A stretch of 64,000 nt of DNA from Podarcis cretensis (taxonomy: Eukaryota): contig OX638149.1 of assembly GCA_951804945.1 (NCBI GenBank), forward strand, positions 77,996,001 to 78,060,000, written 5' to 3'. A program made the translations under genes and the position numbers. The notes under the pieces were generated by a model. It did not search any database. It saw nothing but the letters and a program-made list of their open reading frames with translations, and was not told the DNA's origin. Shown piece after piece: positions 25,601 through 35,550 of the stretch. The stretch's first letter is position 1. Each line of letters opens with the position of its first letter.

Positions 25601-28600
25601 CACCCCACCTCCCCAACCCCTATCTGGGCACTCTCCCAACTCACCAGAGCCAATGGTGGTGGGGGAGGACACAGGGGAGATGGGGAAGAGGAGCGGGGGA
25701 AGAGCCCCATTGCACAAGTGGAAGTCCTTGCATAGGGCTGCCACTGATAGGACTCATTTGTTGAAGTTCACCCAGTGAGTGGAAGATTGTTGTCTAAAAC
25801 ACAAGAATGTGGTTTGTGGTTTACTTACCTTTCACAGCCAGAGTTGTTCTCATGGGAGGGATGATGGTCACAGGAGGACTACGAGATGGTTTGACAAAAG
25901 CTGATGGAAATAAATATGATTACAGCTTGTACCAGCATTTCCATAATGAAATAATAGAGAGAGATCTCCAAATCCATTTGATGAATAAAGCTCTAATGCA
26001 GCTTCCCCCTGCCTGGCGCTCTCTAGACCTTCTGAACTACAACTTCCACAATCTCTTACTGTTGGCCTTGATGGCTGGGGCAATGAGAGTTCAACTATGA
26101 TTCTCAATCCCCCCCCCTTCTATTCTGGATAGTGTGGCTTTTAAATGCAAATTCTAGTGAGCTATTAAAGGATTCTAAGGTAGAGGCCAAGTGGCTGGTA
26201 ATGAAATCCTGAGATTTGTCATACTGATAGCCCAATTCTGTGCATAGTTTACCTGAAAGTGATTCCCCAGTGAGTTTACTGAGATTTCTTCTCAAGTAAG
26301 TAGGCACAAAATTTCTGCTTAAATTTTTTTTCTTAACTAAGTGTTCAGATATGCACATGAGGAAAGTATTGGTGTCACACTACCTACCGCTTTCTGCAGA
26401 AATAAAATGTCAAAAGTGTTCTGTCAGAATTGGCACCAAATACAACTTGTCAAAATAACCAAAATGGTGCCAACTTTACTCATGTAATGAGGCTTTTCTC
26501 ATGTGGAGCATACGGTAACTTGAATATGATACCAGCCTCTTCCAGGTAAAACTAGTCACATTGAAAATTAATTGCTTTCCCTTTGCTTTGTGAAAGGGCA
26601 TCAGATACACTGCAAGCAACGTGAGAGGGATTAAATCCTTTCACTGTATTTGGCTCAAACAAAATGTGATTATGTTTTATGGAATATCTTGTTTCTGAAC
26701 TTGCATACAAAGAGATTTGCACTGAATATATCTAGGCATAACAAACAGCAGCATCTATAATAGCATGGTCTTGGTCTGGATTACATGTAACATGAATCCA
26801 TCATATGTTGAATCAGAGTTGTTTGTTTGAATATTCAAAGCTGTAGTCAAACAGATTAAGCATCGTTTGTTTTCTGGTCACAAACTATGGCACACCATGG
26901 TTTGTTGTTGGCTTTTCAGCCATAGCTTATTTTAACAAAGGTTTGTCATTTTGTCCAAACCCAGCAGCCTTGCTGCTTTACCTTGGTTCATTTGGCCATC
27001 CTGCCTGAGACAATTGCCAAGTTACAGAGGCAGAAGGCTAGAAACAAAACATACTTTGGGAAAATAAACTGTGGCTTGCTTACTATAAAATGATATGCTG
27101 TGGTTTGTTAACCTAGCCATGGTTTAAACAAACCATGGTTTAACTGTGTGTGTAATTATAGTCGTTCTGTGTTGCTACACTGAAGTAGCAGTTCATTAAA
27201 CCTGGTGTGAGAGGAAAGGATATCAGCATTTGAGGGTTTCCCACAGGAATCTGGGTGGCCACTGTGAGAAGAGGATGCTGGACTAGATGGGCCATTGACC
27301 TGATCCAGTAGGTTCTCCTTGTCTTAGCCTCTTTTATCATTTCTGAAATCTCATTATGGGCTAGCCATGATTCAGGAATTGCTTCCAGATATTCCTACAT
27401 CAGTGCTTGCCCCTTTGCAGTAAAAACATAGATTCTGTTCAACACAAGGGCTATTGCAACATACAAGAAGAGAGGAGGAAATAGCGGGTTTCCTCCCTTC
27501 CCACTAGAATTTACCAACACTTGTAGTTTATGTGGGACTGAGGTACCAGTCATATGCAGTTTTTTATGTAAGAATTTCTACCGTTTGAAACATAAAGCTT
27601 TCTATAGTTCCCCCAGAAAGTCCCTCTTTTCTGTGTTGTTGGTTGTTGTTTGTTGTTTTTTTGCAAAAATATAAAAGATAATGAGATGCAGAAAAGTTAT
27701 ATAAAAAAATTACTTAGTGCAAGACTTAGCCTGCCTTTAAAAGCAATACAAAACTAACTCCGTGTATCTTGGATGATTCAAAATGTGAATAGTCCTGATC
27801 TGTTATAGCTCCTACCATAAATAGAATACAGTATATGAAATGAATACCATAGTTTATTTTAAGAACCACTTTGGTTATCATTTGCATAACTTGTGTCAAA
27901 AAAATTTACCTAAGAATTCTTTAATTCTGTTTAACTGGGCAATATCCAAAGTTATCATACTCAGAGATGACTCATCAAAATAAATTGATGTAAGTAATTA
28001 AGTCCATAAATTTCAGAGGGTCTACTCTGACTTCGTTGGCTATTCCCCATAGTTTGTAGATTGCACAGAGTGTGAAACCCAATTAATGTTAGATTAAGGC
28101 AAAGCAAGAGATAATCACCTATTTCTCAGAACAGATAATTTTGTAAATTGCACAAAGTGACAAAAGCCAGTGTTCAACAGCACATTTAACTCTTCCATTG
28201 AATTTAAAGGGGCTTTGTATTGTTTTTAACACTCAATTGAAAGCCGCCCAAAGTGGCTGGGGAGACTCAGCCAGATGGGCGGGGTATAAATAATCAATTA
28301 TTATTGTTATTATATTACAGTGTTTGACTTTGGCTGGGTCATAGGCTGTGTTCCTTTCTGAATCTCTTTAACTTTGGCTTCTCCCTGTCAGTTCTGTTCA
28401 AGCTGTCATTCTTACTTTAGCTAAAAGGGAGCCAGTTTTTAAGCATATTATGTAAAATGGACAATGTGCAATTTATTGTAGAAGCGAAGGTGATCTAGCC
28501 GGTGAGCCATGCAAACAGCTTTCTCTAATTATTCAAAAACACAATCTAACATTCTTAGGCATTTCCAAAATGATAAAATTACTATGCGGATATGCTGGAC

Positions 28601-31600
28601 CTGTCCCAGTTGGGAGTGATGCAGTTTAGAACTTCTAAGCACAAAGGGATGTATTTAAATGTCCCACTATCATGGGTGTACCACATGGGTGTACACCCAT
28701 GCTCACACGTAATATATTTGTGTGCTGCGCAAACACCTATGCAATACAAACATAGTTCTAGATTAGATACCTGCCTCGCATGAGGGTGTTTGCTTGCTCT
28801 TTGACTGATGGAAATTAGCATAATCTCAAGATAAACAAAACTTTATCCACTGTACACTATCTAAGAATCAAGCCTTAACACCCTACATGTTCCCAAAGAT
28901 AACAAATTAATAGCTTGTTTTCATTTTCAGAGCAAAAAGGAACAGGTGAAACTCAGAGGGGTGTGCAAGCAATCACTTTGTGAGCTAAAGCAGAAAACCT
29001 TTAGCTTCAGTATTGCCTCATCTCTGCCTACTAAGAGGCTGGGATGCAAAACTATGTAGGAATTTAAAGCAGAGACCAAGAATATGGGAAAGACGGAAAT
29101 AATTATGGCTTGGCAATTGCAAGCATATCTGGCTAGCGCTGGAGTCCAAATGAAGTTAGAAACACCTACGGTCATCATGTGTCGGCTGCACAGATGGATA
29201 GTCGTAATTTGACTGCTGCTGCTGTTGATCATACTGCTGGTCTTCATACTGGGATTGCTGGTCTTCATACTGGGATTGCTCAACCTGGGTGTTGACTGTG
29301 GCAACAGCTAAAACAGTGAGAAAGGGACTGCAACAATTCTGCTAACTAGCAAAAGGCAATGGCACAGGATTTGACCAAACTTTAATTCATTTCTTCATTA
29401 AAAATATTTTTTCCTGGCCCATCAACTTAACAGCTAACAAGCAAAACTACATACAAAACATCATAGGTGGGGGAACTAGCATCAGCTCAAAATACAATTT
29501 CCAAATCATCAACCAGTCTCCTAAAGCCATTCCCTTCCTCTTTCAAAAGCCCAGCTAAACAAAGTTGCTTTTAGCATGGTGTCTGAAACCAAGAATGGAA
29601 GGGGCTATGTGAAATTCTCAGGAAAGGGCACTCTGAAGTCTAAGCACCAGTATTTTAAAAGACCTGTCCTTTGCTTCAAACCGTGGAGGCATATTGTGCA
29701 TGGGTGTCTCAGCACACAGGCAGGCTCACTTACAAGTAGGCAGACCCACAGATTTGATCTCATGCTAGAAAAATGAATTTCAATAGAGACAAATGTCAGG
29801 TTCTATACTTAGGCAGGAAGAACCAGCTGCACAGGTTTAAGATGGGGGACACCTAGCTTGCCAGTAGTACATGTGAAAAGGATCTAGGGGTCTTAGTAGA
29901 CCACAAGCTTAGCATGAGTCAACAGTGTGATGCAGCAGTAAAAAAGAAAAGAAAAGAAAAAGACCAATGCTATTCTAGGGTGCATCAACACAAGTATAGT
30001 GTCCTGAACAAGAGAAGTAATAGTACTGCTCTGTTCCACCTTGGTCAGACCACACCTGGAGTCTTGTGTCCAGTTCTGGGCATCTCAATTTAAGGAGGAT
30101 ATTGGAAAGCTGAAAGCTATGCAGAGGAGGGCAACCAAGATTAGCAAGGGCCTGGAAACAAAGCCTGATGAGAAATGGTTGAGGGAATTGGGTATGTTTA
30201 GCTTGGGAATGAGCAGGCTGAGAGGAAGGATAATAGCCTTCTTCAAGTATCTAAAGGGCTGTCACATGGAAGATGGACCAAGCTTGTTTTCCCCTGCTCT
30301 GGAAAGTAGGACCTGAACCAATGGCTTCAAGTTACAAGAAAGGAGATTCTGGCTAAACATCAGTAAGAACTTTCTGATAGTAAGAGCTATTCAACAGAGG
30401 AACAGACTCCCTCATAAAGTTGTGGATTCTTCTTCATGGGAGGTTTTTAGGCAGAGGTTGGATGGCCATCTGGCAGGGATGCTTTAGTTGAGATTTCTGC
30501 ATTGCAAGGGGTTGGACTAGATGACCCTCAGGGTTCCTTTCAAGTCTACAGGTCTATGATTCTACGATTATCTGTGGCTTCCCCATTTGTAAAGCATCAG
30601 ATGCTTTCAGTTGTTAGAGAGTTCACTCCACTGGACAAAGCATGTGCTTTACCACTGAGCTCTGACCCTTCCCAGCAGAAGCAGAGTATCAAGGCAGCAG
30701 ACCTTTCCCACTCTCCCCCTCATGCCACACAACTGATACTCTATTCAGATTTGTACTGCATGAACATGGAGGTTCCACTTAATTATTATGGTTAACAACC
30801 TGCTCTCCCTGACTGGTTTTCTGCTCTTCTTTCAAAGTCACCTAAGAGATGCCTTCATCTTGCAGCATCAAATTCCATAAATGTGTGTAAAGTGATGAAG
30901 GACTTTCTCTTATCTATCCTGAATCAAGTGCTAATCAGTTTCGTTGGGTAACTCCCTGTTCTGGCATGAGAGAGGGAGAAAATACCTCTCTGTGTCCACT
31001 TTCTCAACACAATCAATGCTTTTGTCAATCTCTAGAATTCACCCTTTAGTTACCTTTCTTTTCTGAAGAAAAAAGCCCCCTTCTTTTCTGAGCTCACGTT
31101 TCCTGACTGGGAAACTGCTCCAACCCATTAATCCCTTGAACTGACCTTGCCCTGTTATTGAGATAAGGTGGCCAGAACTGTGCACCCACACTTCCCCTTG
31201 TCCCATGCCTAGAAAGCATGAGTCTCAGGAGTTTTCCACTTGCCAGACTGCTTTCCCTAGGAAAACCTGCCCTTTCCCACTGAAACAGAGCAATCATCAA
31301 TTCATGGAAAATCCAGTTGACATTTGCTGTGATTCAGTTGTAAGGAGCTAGTTTCCCCAGAGGAAAGTGGTAGGAGAAGATAAGTGTGGATAGGTCCTTT
31401 CAAGTGCAAGTACACCACAGACTTATATAAAGACACTGGTGTGGATCAAGAGACTTAGTGGAGCAGACCCACTGAATGGGGCTTATATTGGTCCGGAGGA
31501 ACTTTACTCCATTGATTTGAAAGAGAATAAAGCATGATTAACTTAGTCTGGATCTAACCCATTATGACACATTGCCTATTCTATTTCCAATCCCTTTCAT

Positions 31601-33010
31601 AACAAAACCCTAAGGTGGATTTTGCCCTTCAACTGCTGCAGCATCCTGAGTTGACCAAATCATACCAAAACATGAACCAGTTGAATCAGCCTTGGGCAGC
31701 TTCTTCTTCTGGACCACCCACCTTTAACTCCCCCCCCCAAAAAAAACCCCCCAACAAACTTTCCCTTAGTTGCATACAAATCATGTGCAATTTTCCCTGA
31801 AACAGCTGTCCTGAATTCTATGCTATTTCTTCAGTATAAATGGGTAGGAGATCTTAAATAAGGCAGATTTGTAATGATAGTGATGTAGTTCATTCCATGT
31901 AGCCTACACCAGCTGTCCTGTGGTGAAGTATTCACTGTATTTACTGATGCCCACATAGAAGATTGTAGCTGTAAGTGGAAACCATCCTGTTTCAATACAC
32001 ATTTGCAATTGAAGGGGAAGAGAGAGAAGTCATTAACTCAAGAACACTCTCTGTGGATGCACTGCTGAGGAAGTAACTGGCTCGGGGCTTGGCTGGTTTA
32101 GTTTTCAAATAGCTATGTATTGTGCTATTTTCAGAACCTAGAGTTTGCATCCATTTTTGCTCTAGGCTCAGAAAGAAAATGTGAATGGAACTGGTTGACT
32201 CTTGAAATTGTTCTCTATCGAAGATGCTGATAGAAGGAAAGAAGCTTTCAAACCTGTGTTTCCCTTAAAAGTATTGTCTCATTTTCGCAGAGCATTTTAG
32301 TTCCATGGATCACAATGGTATGTCCCTTATTTCGGAATACTTTGATTCCATGGAAGGCCACAGAAAAATGCTCCACCGGCACAAAGTCCTATTCTGGTAC
32401 CCCTTTCTGTATGGCTGATCTCAAACATAACTGGATTTAAACTGGAACTCAGTTCATCAAAGTCAGCAAGAGTTTTGCTACTTACTTCAAAAGGCTTAAT
32501 AATGCAGTGATATGGTTTTACAAATAATATATAGAATTCTCTCTTTGCCTTATTAACCTGTCAGGTTTGCTCCTTTCGACAATCACATTTTACAAACCTC
32601 ATCCGTACTAGTAAAAATCAATCAATCAGTGTCTGAGCATAAAAGTTGAACCCAATTTTTAATGGCTTTTATACTGAGGCTGATCTACTTACTGATCATG
32701 GCCTATTGATCTACCAAACGACTGCCTCGGGGCACTGGGGCAGTGAATTTTATATCCCTGAAACCTGAGCATATTGTCTTTAGAACGGTGATAGGAAAAT
32801 ACAGGGCAAATATGTTTAAAGTCCTGATTAGATTTAATGAGGCAAAGCAAACAAAATCACTGTAAAGTCCTTCGGACCATGGAGAAAGCAGGCACTAGCT
32901 GTTGCCCAGGGAATGAAGTTCTGTTAAAATTTCCTACCTTTTTGGCATGTTAAGGCGATCACTAGCATTGGTATCCATAGTGGTATCCTTGCCCCCCTGC
33001 CTGTCCCCAT
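2043..33010 (-). CDS. MUC5AC: Gel-forming mucin, MUC5AC-like, 5' part (exons 1-27: signal peptide, VWD1-C8-TIL, VWD2-C8-TIL, D', VWD3-C8-TIL); continues beyond base 1
   Basis: 27 GT-AG exons join into one open frame (3688 nt) with three CGLCG-containing VWD domains. [28 protein letters not shown] and [14 protein letters not shown] match MUC5AC as recalled better than MUC5B or MUC2. Mucin family assignment is near certain; the exact paralogue is less so. Confidence 0.8.
3065..3221 (-). CDS. MUC5AC: Mucin exon 26, C8-3 (...[20 protein letters not shown]...)
   Basis: 157 nt, AG/GT. Confidence 0.95.
3838..4077 (-). CDS. MUC5AC: Mucin exon 25 ([12 protein letters not shown]...FASCHSQ)
   Basis: 240 nt, third CGLCG motif. 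Confidence 0.95.
5605..5787 (-). CDS. MUC5AC: Mucin exon 24 (NYELIL...[21 protein letters not shown])
   Basis: 183 nt, ORF 5596..5838. Confidence 0.95.
6020..6232 (+). mobile_element. Penelope-like retroelement terminal fragment
   Basis: CTGAAGAAGTGTGCATGCACAC...TTAGTTGG..CTAAGGTGCTACTGG resembles squamate Penelope-like ends as recalled. Confidence 0.55.
6348..6461 (-). CDS. MUC5AC: Mucin exon 23 ([38 protein letters not shown])
   Basis: 114 nt, AG/GT. Confidence 0.95.
6575..6713 (-). CDS. MUC5AC: Mucin exon 22, start of VWD3 (...[14 protein letters not shown]...)
   Basis: 139 nt, AG/GT. Confidence 0.95.
6830..6981 (-). CDS. MUC5AC: Mucin exon 21 ([12 protein letters not shown]...)
   Basis: 152 nt, ORF 6805..7005. 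Confidence 0.95.
7601..7701 (-). CDS. MUC5AC: Mucin exon 20, D' ([10 protein letters not shown]...[13 protein letters not shown])
   Basis: 101 nt, AG/GT. Confidence 0.95.
8089..8141 (-). CDS. MUC5AC: Mucin exon 19 ([18 protein letters not shown])
   Basis: 53 nt, AG/GT, phase fits. Confidence 0.92.
8440..8810 (+). mobile_element. Old CR1-type LINE 3' fragment
   Basis: Degenerate ...AGAGGATTAGACAAATTCATGGAGG...TGATCCAGC 3' end; related pieces at ~5175-5265 (-) and ~27230-27325 (+). Confidence 0.6.
9037..9289 (-). CDS. MUC5AC: Mucin exon 18, TIL2/E2
   Basis: 253 nt, ORF 9033..9278. Confidence 0.95.
10871..10997 (-). CDS. MUC5AC: Mucin exon 17, C8-2 ([27 protein letters not shown]...)
   Basis: 127 nt, AG/GT. 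Confidence 0.95.
11452..11546 (-). CDS. MUC5AC: Mucin exon 16 ([27 protein letters not shown]...)
   Basis: 95 nt, AG/GT. Confidence 0.95.
11737..12251 (-). mobile_element. L1-clade LINE 3' end (last ORF2 codons plus 3' UTR)
   Basis: 18-bp TSD ACTCATGCATCCCTCTAT (11719-11736, 12252-12269), AATAAA and A-tail. Confidence 0.88.
12580..12780 (+). mobile_element. Old tRNA-derived CORE/MIR-like SINE
   Basis: GAGCCAGTGTGG head, TACCTCACAGGGTTGTTGTGAGGATAAA core. Confidence 0.6.
12964..13128 (-). CDS. MUC5AC: Mucin exon 15 ([14 protein letters not shown]...NPCTLSIEN)
   Basis: 165 nt, AG/GT. Confidence 0.95.
13157..13988 (-). mobile_element. L2-clade LINE, 5'-truncated
   Basis: Homologous to 455-1265; (TTG)n tail; TSD ACTTTAAAT (13148-13156, 13989-13997). 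Confidence 0.92.
14084..14221 (-). CDS. MUC5AC: Mucin exon 14 ([11 protein letters not shown]...QTC)
   Basis: 138 nt, ORF 14076..14270. Confidence 0.95.
14553..14622 (-). CDS. MUC5AC: Mucin exon 13 ([23 protein letters not shown])
   Basis: 70 nt, AG/GT. Confidence 0.9.
15469..15579 (-). CDS. MUC5AC: Mucin exon 12 ([26 protein letters not shown]...)
   Basis: 111 nt, AG/GT. Confidence 0.93.
16336..16705 (+). mobile_element. Sauria SINE, full length (subfamily A)
   Basis: GGGAC.CGGGTGGCGCTGTGG A box, GGTTCGAATCC B box, (ACCTTT)n tail. Confidence 0.93.
16718..16960 (+). mobile_element. Sauria SINE, 5'-truncated (subfamily B)
   Basis: Body and (ACCTTT)n tail homologous to 49340-49696. Confidence 0.92.
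17180..17303. mobile_element. Palindromic hAT-type MITE (degenerate); similar pieces at ~5020-5085, 16100-16172, 25995-26097, 40235-40390, 55728-55866
   Basis: CCCTCCAGATGTT...ACTACAACTCCCATC motif family. Confidence 0.65.
17577..17715 (-). CDS. MUC5AC: Mucin exon 11, start of VWD2 (TCTGGQWAC...[11 protein letters not shown]...)
   Basis: 139 nt, AG/GT. Confidence 0.95.
18615..18732 (-). CDS. MUC5AC: Mucin exon 10 ([24 protein letters not shown]...)
   Basis: 118 nt, AG/GT. Confidence 0.93.
19222..19609 (+). mobile_element. L2-clade LINE 3' end, young
   Basis: Near-identical reverse complement of 455-790; (ATT)n tail; TSD ATGTGTGTA. Confidence 0.92.
19678..19931 (-). mobile_element. tRNA-derived SINE with CORE-like body and (CTT)n tail (POM-SINE/Squam3-like)
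   Basis: AGAGCCAGTGTGGTGTAGTGGTTAAGAG A box, GGGTTCGCGTC B-like box, GCTGGGTGACCTTGGGC core. Confidence 0.8.
20839..20964 (-). CDS. MUC5AC: Mucin exon 9, TIL1 ([16 protein letters not shown]...[13 protein letters not shown])
   Basis: 126 nt, AG/GT. Confidence 0.95.
21105..21460 (+). mobile_element. Old CR1 3' fragment
   Basis: Translates as [16 protein letters not shown]...SLEVFKQRL. Confidence 0.75.
21529..21745 (-). CDS. MUC5AC: Mucin exon 8, C8-1 (...[11 protein letters not shown]...WRTEDLC)
   Basis: 217 nt, AG/GT, ORF 21515..21724. Confidence 0.95.
21966..22075 (-). CDS. MUC5AC: Mucin exon 7 ([24 protein letters not shown]...)
   Basis: 110 nt, AG/GT, ORF 21933..22115. Confidence 0.95.
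22776..22954 (+). mobile_element. tRNA-derived SINE (Squam2/Anolis SINE2-like)
   Basis: GGGCCATAGCTCAGTGGTAGAGC A box, GTTCAATTCC B box, TATAAGGCAGCTTCCTATG tail; other copies at 38710-38900 (+), 39352-39485 (-), 46990-47505 (-). Confidence 0.75.
23253..23343 (-). CDS. MUC5AC: Mucin exon 6 ([20 protein letters not shown]...)
   Basis: 91 nt, CGLCG motif. Confidence 0.95.
24364..24478 (-). CDS. MUC5AC: Mucin exon 5 ([38 protein letters not shown])
   Basis: 115 nt, AG/GT boundaries, VWD1 sequence. Confidence 0.93.
24927..25188 (-). CDS. MUC5AC: Mucin exon 4, start of VWD1 ([24 protein letters not shown]...)
   Basis: 262 nt, AG/GT boundaries, ORF 24923..25162. Confidence 0.95.
25829..25900 (-). 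CDS. MUC5AC: Mucin exon 3 ([24 protein letters not shown])
   Basis: tttccatcAG / AAG|GTAAGT, 72 nt, phase 1-1, resembles the MUC5 pre-D1 linker. Confidence 0.85.
28235..28312 (+). mobile_element. Extreme 3' end of the young L2 family
   Basis: AAGCCGCCCA.AGTGGCTGGGGAGAC.CAGCCAGATGGGCGGGGTATAAATAA. Confidence 0.8.
29170..29307 (-). CDS. MUC5AC: Mucin exon 2: [46 protein letters not shown]
   Basis: ctcactgttttAG acceptor, C|GTAGGT donor, 138 nt phase 1-1, open in the frame linking exon 1 to exon 3. Confidence 0.75.
29735..30568 (+). mobile_element. CR1 LINE 3' portion, degenerate, in intron 1
   Basis: [16 protein letters not shown]...; TCTATGATTCTA tail. Confidence 0.9.
32938..33010 (-). CDS. 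MUC5AC: Mucin exon 1 coding part, signal peptide [24 protein letters not shown]
   Basis: aagATGg Kozak context, hydrophobic leader, AAG|GTAGGA donor, 73 nt, phase 1, TATA ~70 nt upstream. Confidence 0.88.
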
Positions 33011-33079
33011 CTTGGCTGGGATTCGGCAACAGGTACCGAACGACAGGCTTCTGAGGAGGCACCTGTCTTTTGATGACTC

Positions 33080-33185
33080 TTATATAGCAGGAGTGTGGAC
33101 TTTGGCTCAGTTCCCAGATTGTTTCACAAGTTTCCTAAGAGGTGGGGCTTCAGAGATTTTTTAGCAGGTGCATAGGTAAATAGAT
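33080..33185 (-). promoter_or_regulatory. Mucin core/proximal promoter: TATATAA (33086-33080), HNF4-type CAAAGTCCA (33104-33096), KLF/SP GGTGGGGC (~33141), forkhead GTAAATA (33176-33182)
   Basis: Motifs read directly 70-175 nt upstream of the ATG; function inferred. Confidence 0.75.
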
Positions 33186-33667
33186 GATGCTTTTTTTTTT
33201 TTTTTACTCTGTCAGGGGCTGGCCAAGTGTATTTGCATCTGGGGAGGAGTATTAATTTTAAGGGATTTTTTTTTCCTGTGAAGGAACTCAGGAGGAACAA
33301 GCAGTGGAGAACATCCTTCTCTTGAGGCTAATTTTCATTAAAACATTTTTGGAAGACCTGTAAAACAAATGTAATTTGGAATCCTTAGAGGAAAGTGGTT
33401 GACTTACAATGTGTGTGTGTGTGAAAAAATTGTTCTAGGATATATCTCATGATTGTGGCTCGCATAATTTCAGAAGTTGATTGCTGTGTTTGCTGGGAAT
33501 GGCGTGATAACTCAAAATTACATGAAGATTAGCAGCCCGAAACTTATTTATTTATTTGCACAATTTTTGGACTACCCTTTCCATCTAGTCAGGAGTGAGT
33601 GCTAAAACTAACATTCACTGAAATAGATCATATTAAATAAAAATAAAAACAGAATAAAAATCAAAGC

Positions 33668-33905
33668 CAGGGCTGGCCCAGGACATTTTGCCGCTCCAGC
33701 CCAAACTGAAAATGCTGAATCCACCTCTTACTCCACAGCCACCATTATTCCAAGGGAATAAAAGGAGCCAGAGAAAAGCAGGTGGTAGGTGGGTGGGCAG
33801 TGGGTGAGTGGTAGTGGATGCACGGTGACAGCACCCATCCCAGCTGTCTGGAACCTGCCACCCTGAGGTGATGGCCTCAACACACCTCATAGCCACACAG
33901 CCCTG
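33668..33905. mobile_element. hAT-like MITE about 0.6 kb upstream of the mucin promoter
   Basis: CAGGGCTG...CAGCCCTG termini; imperfect 8-bp TSD ATCAAAGC/ATCAAACT. Confidence 0.55.
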
Positions 33906-35550
33906 ATCAAACTGCTTCATAGCAATAGCCAGACAACATAGGCCATACTGAAAACCAGTAGAGATTAATGAATGGCATTGTCTTTTTAAAAGAAGTATTG
34001 AGTTTATGGTAAAACATTATTTGGGAAAATGCCCATTTCAAGCTCCACAAGTTGAAGGGTAACTGTCTGCAGTAGGGAGCCCCCTGGACTCATGGTTTAG
34101 ATTTAGAACCCTCATTATATGCACCTCAATTGTGTATCTCAAGTATATGGGTGGGTACACATTTAGGAAGGCCTTTGCAAATGGAAGACATGACAACTCC
34201 TCAATCCTTAATGTTTAAACATTCACATTCCCTCAGTTTGTGTGTTATTCTGCCCAGTAACCCCTGGCAGATCAGATCTTTGCTATTGCCGAACAGGTAG
34301 TATAACTTCCCATAAATATTTAGATATGCTGTATATCTATCCATATGGTATACATAGAAATGAAAAGGGTCTCACTCACCATTTTTTCCACATAAAATTT
34401 TATGAGCCTGTTTCCCACGTTGCACAGCAGAAATATTTTACCAGCTCTGTAGCTTTACAGGAATTTATTTTAAGAAGGTACCATTGTATTCAGAACAATG
34501 TAAATGCTAGACAGTAAGCATTTTTGTAAGCAGGCCAGTGGTTTTATTTAAAGAACTATTACCTCTACCTGCTAGGCTCTTCGATACATGGCATCTCTTG
34601 TTGCACAAAAACGAGCACTTAATTCAACAGATCTAGCCCTGTAAGTCATGTTCTTGCTGAAGGGGATTTGTTTAGGCTTGGCAAATTTGTTTGAGCTGGG
34701 AGAGGGTGGTGAGACCTTTACAAGGTGACAGAGAATGTAATGTTTCCCTTGTACACCAATCGGCAGAATAATAAATTTGCACTGTACATAAGAATAGCTC
34801 AGCAGAGACCATCAATCACCTTTTGCTTCATGAATCAAAACTCTGGGAAAAACCTATTGGCTGGATTAGGGTTACAAGAGATATTAGACAGAAAGAATGA
34901 AGCCCAAACAAATGTGGTCACAAATTACTCAATAAATTGGATTGTCAACAAGACTCCAAATTACTGGAGGAAGTGGATTATAATAGCAGAACAACCCAAC
35001 CAAATACTTCCATATGAACAGTGCTACTCATTTCTGAGCTGTCTTTCACTTTAACTTAAGCATTTGTGTCTGTCAGCTAGAGACATTCCAGCCAGACAGG
35101 CTGATATGCATTCTATACTCTTAGTTACAGAATTTATGGATGTGAGCTCATTTACCTCAGAATCCAGTGGTAAAGCTTGGACTGAACCACTTCAGGCTGT
35201 GCAGGCAGAACTAACAAATTAGCACATAACAACTGACAACTCTCTGATAGTCAAAATGAAAATTGGGCAGAATCCTTTACATGCTACCTATTTTGCTAAT
35301 ATATACTGGCAGTCTATGAGCAGAGATGTGTGCAAAAACCAACCATCTTAGAATAAATAACACTAATTAAATACATCTGCATTTTTTAGTTGCATAATTT
35401 AATTTGCTGTGAAGGCAAATTATGCCATCAGTAGATTTCTTAAATATTTGTACTGATTTCAGTCAAGGTTGAGTAACATCCTTCAGGCACAGTACACCCA
35501 TGTGAAAGGTGCCATTAAAAAGACCTGTTTCCATGGGCAGTCTGATTCTG

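Noticed and set aside
28927-29304. 125-aa ORF with NPSMKTS repeats
   Set aside because: It is an alternative frame over mucin exon 2; the splice phase from exon 1 selects the QYED frame.
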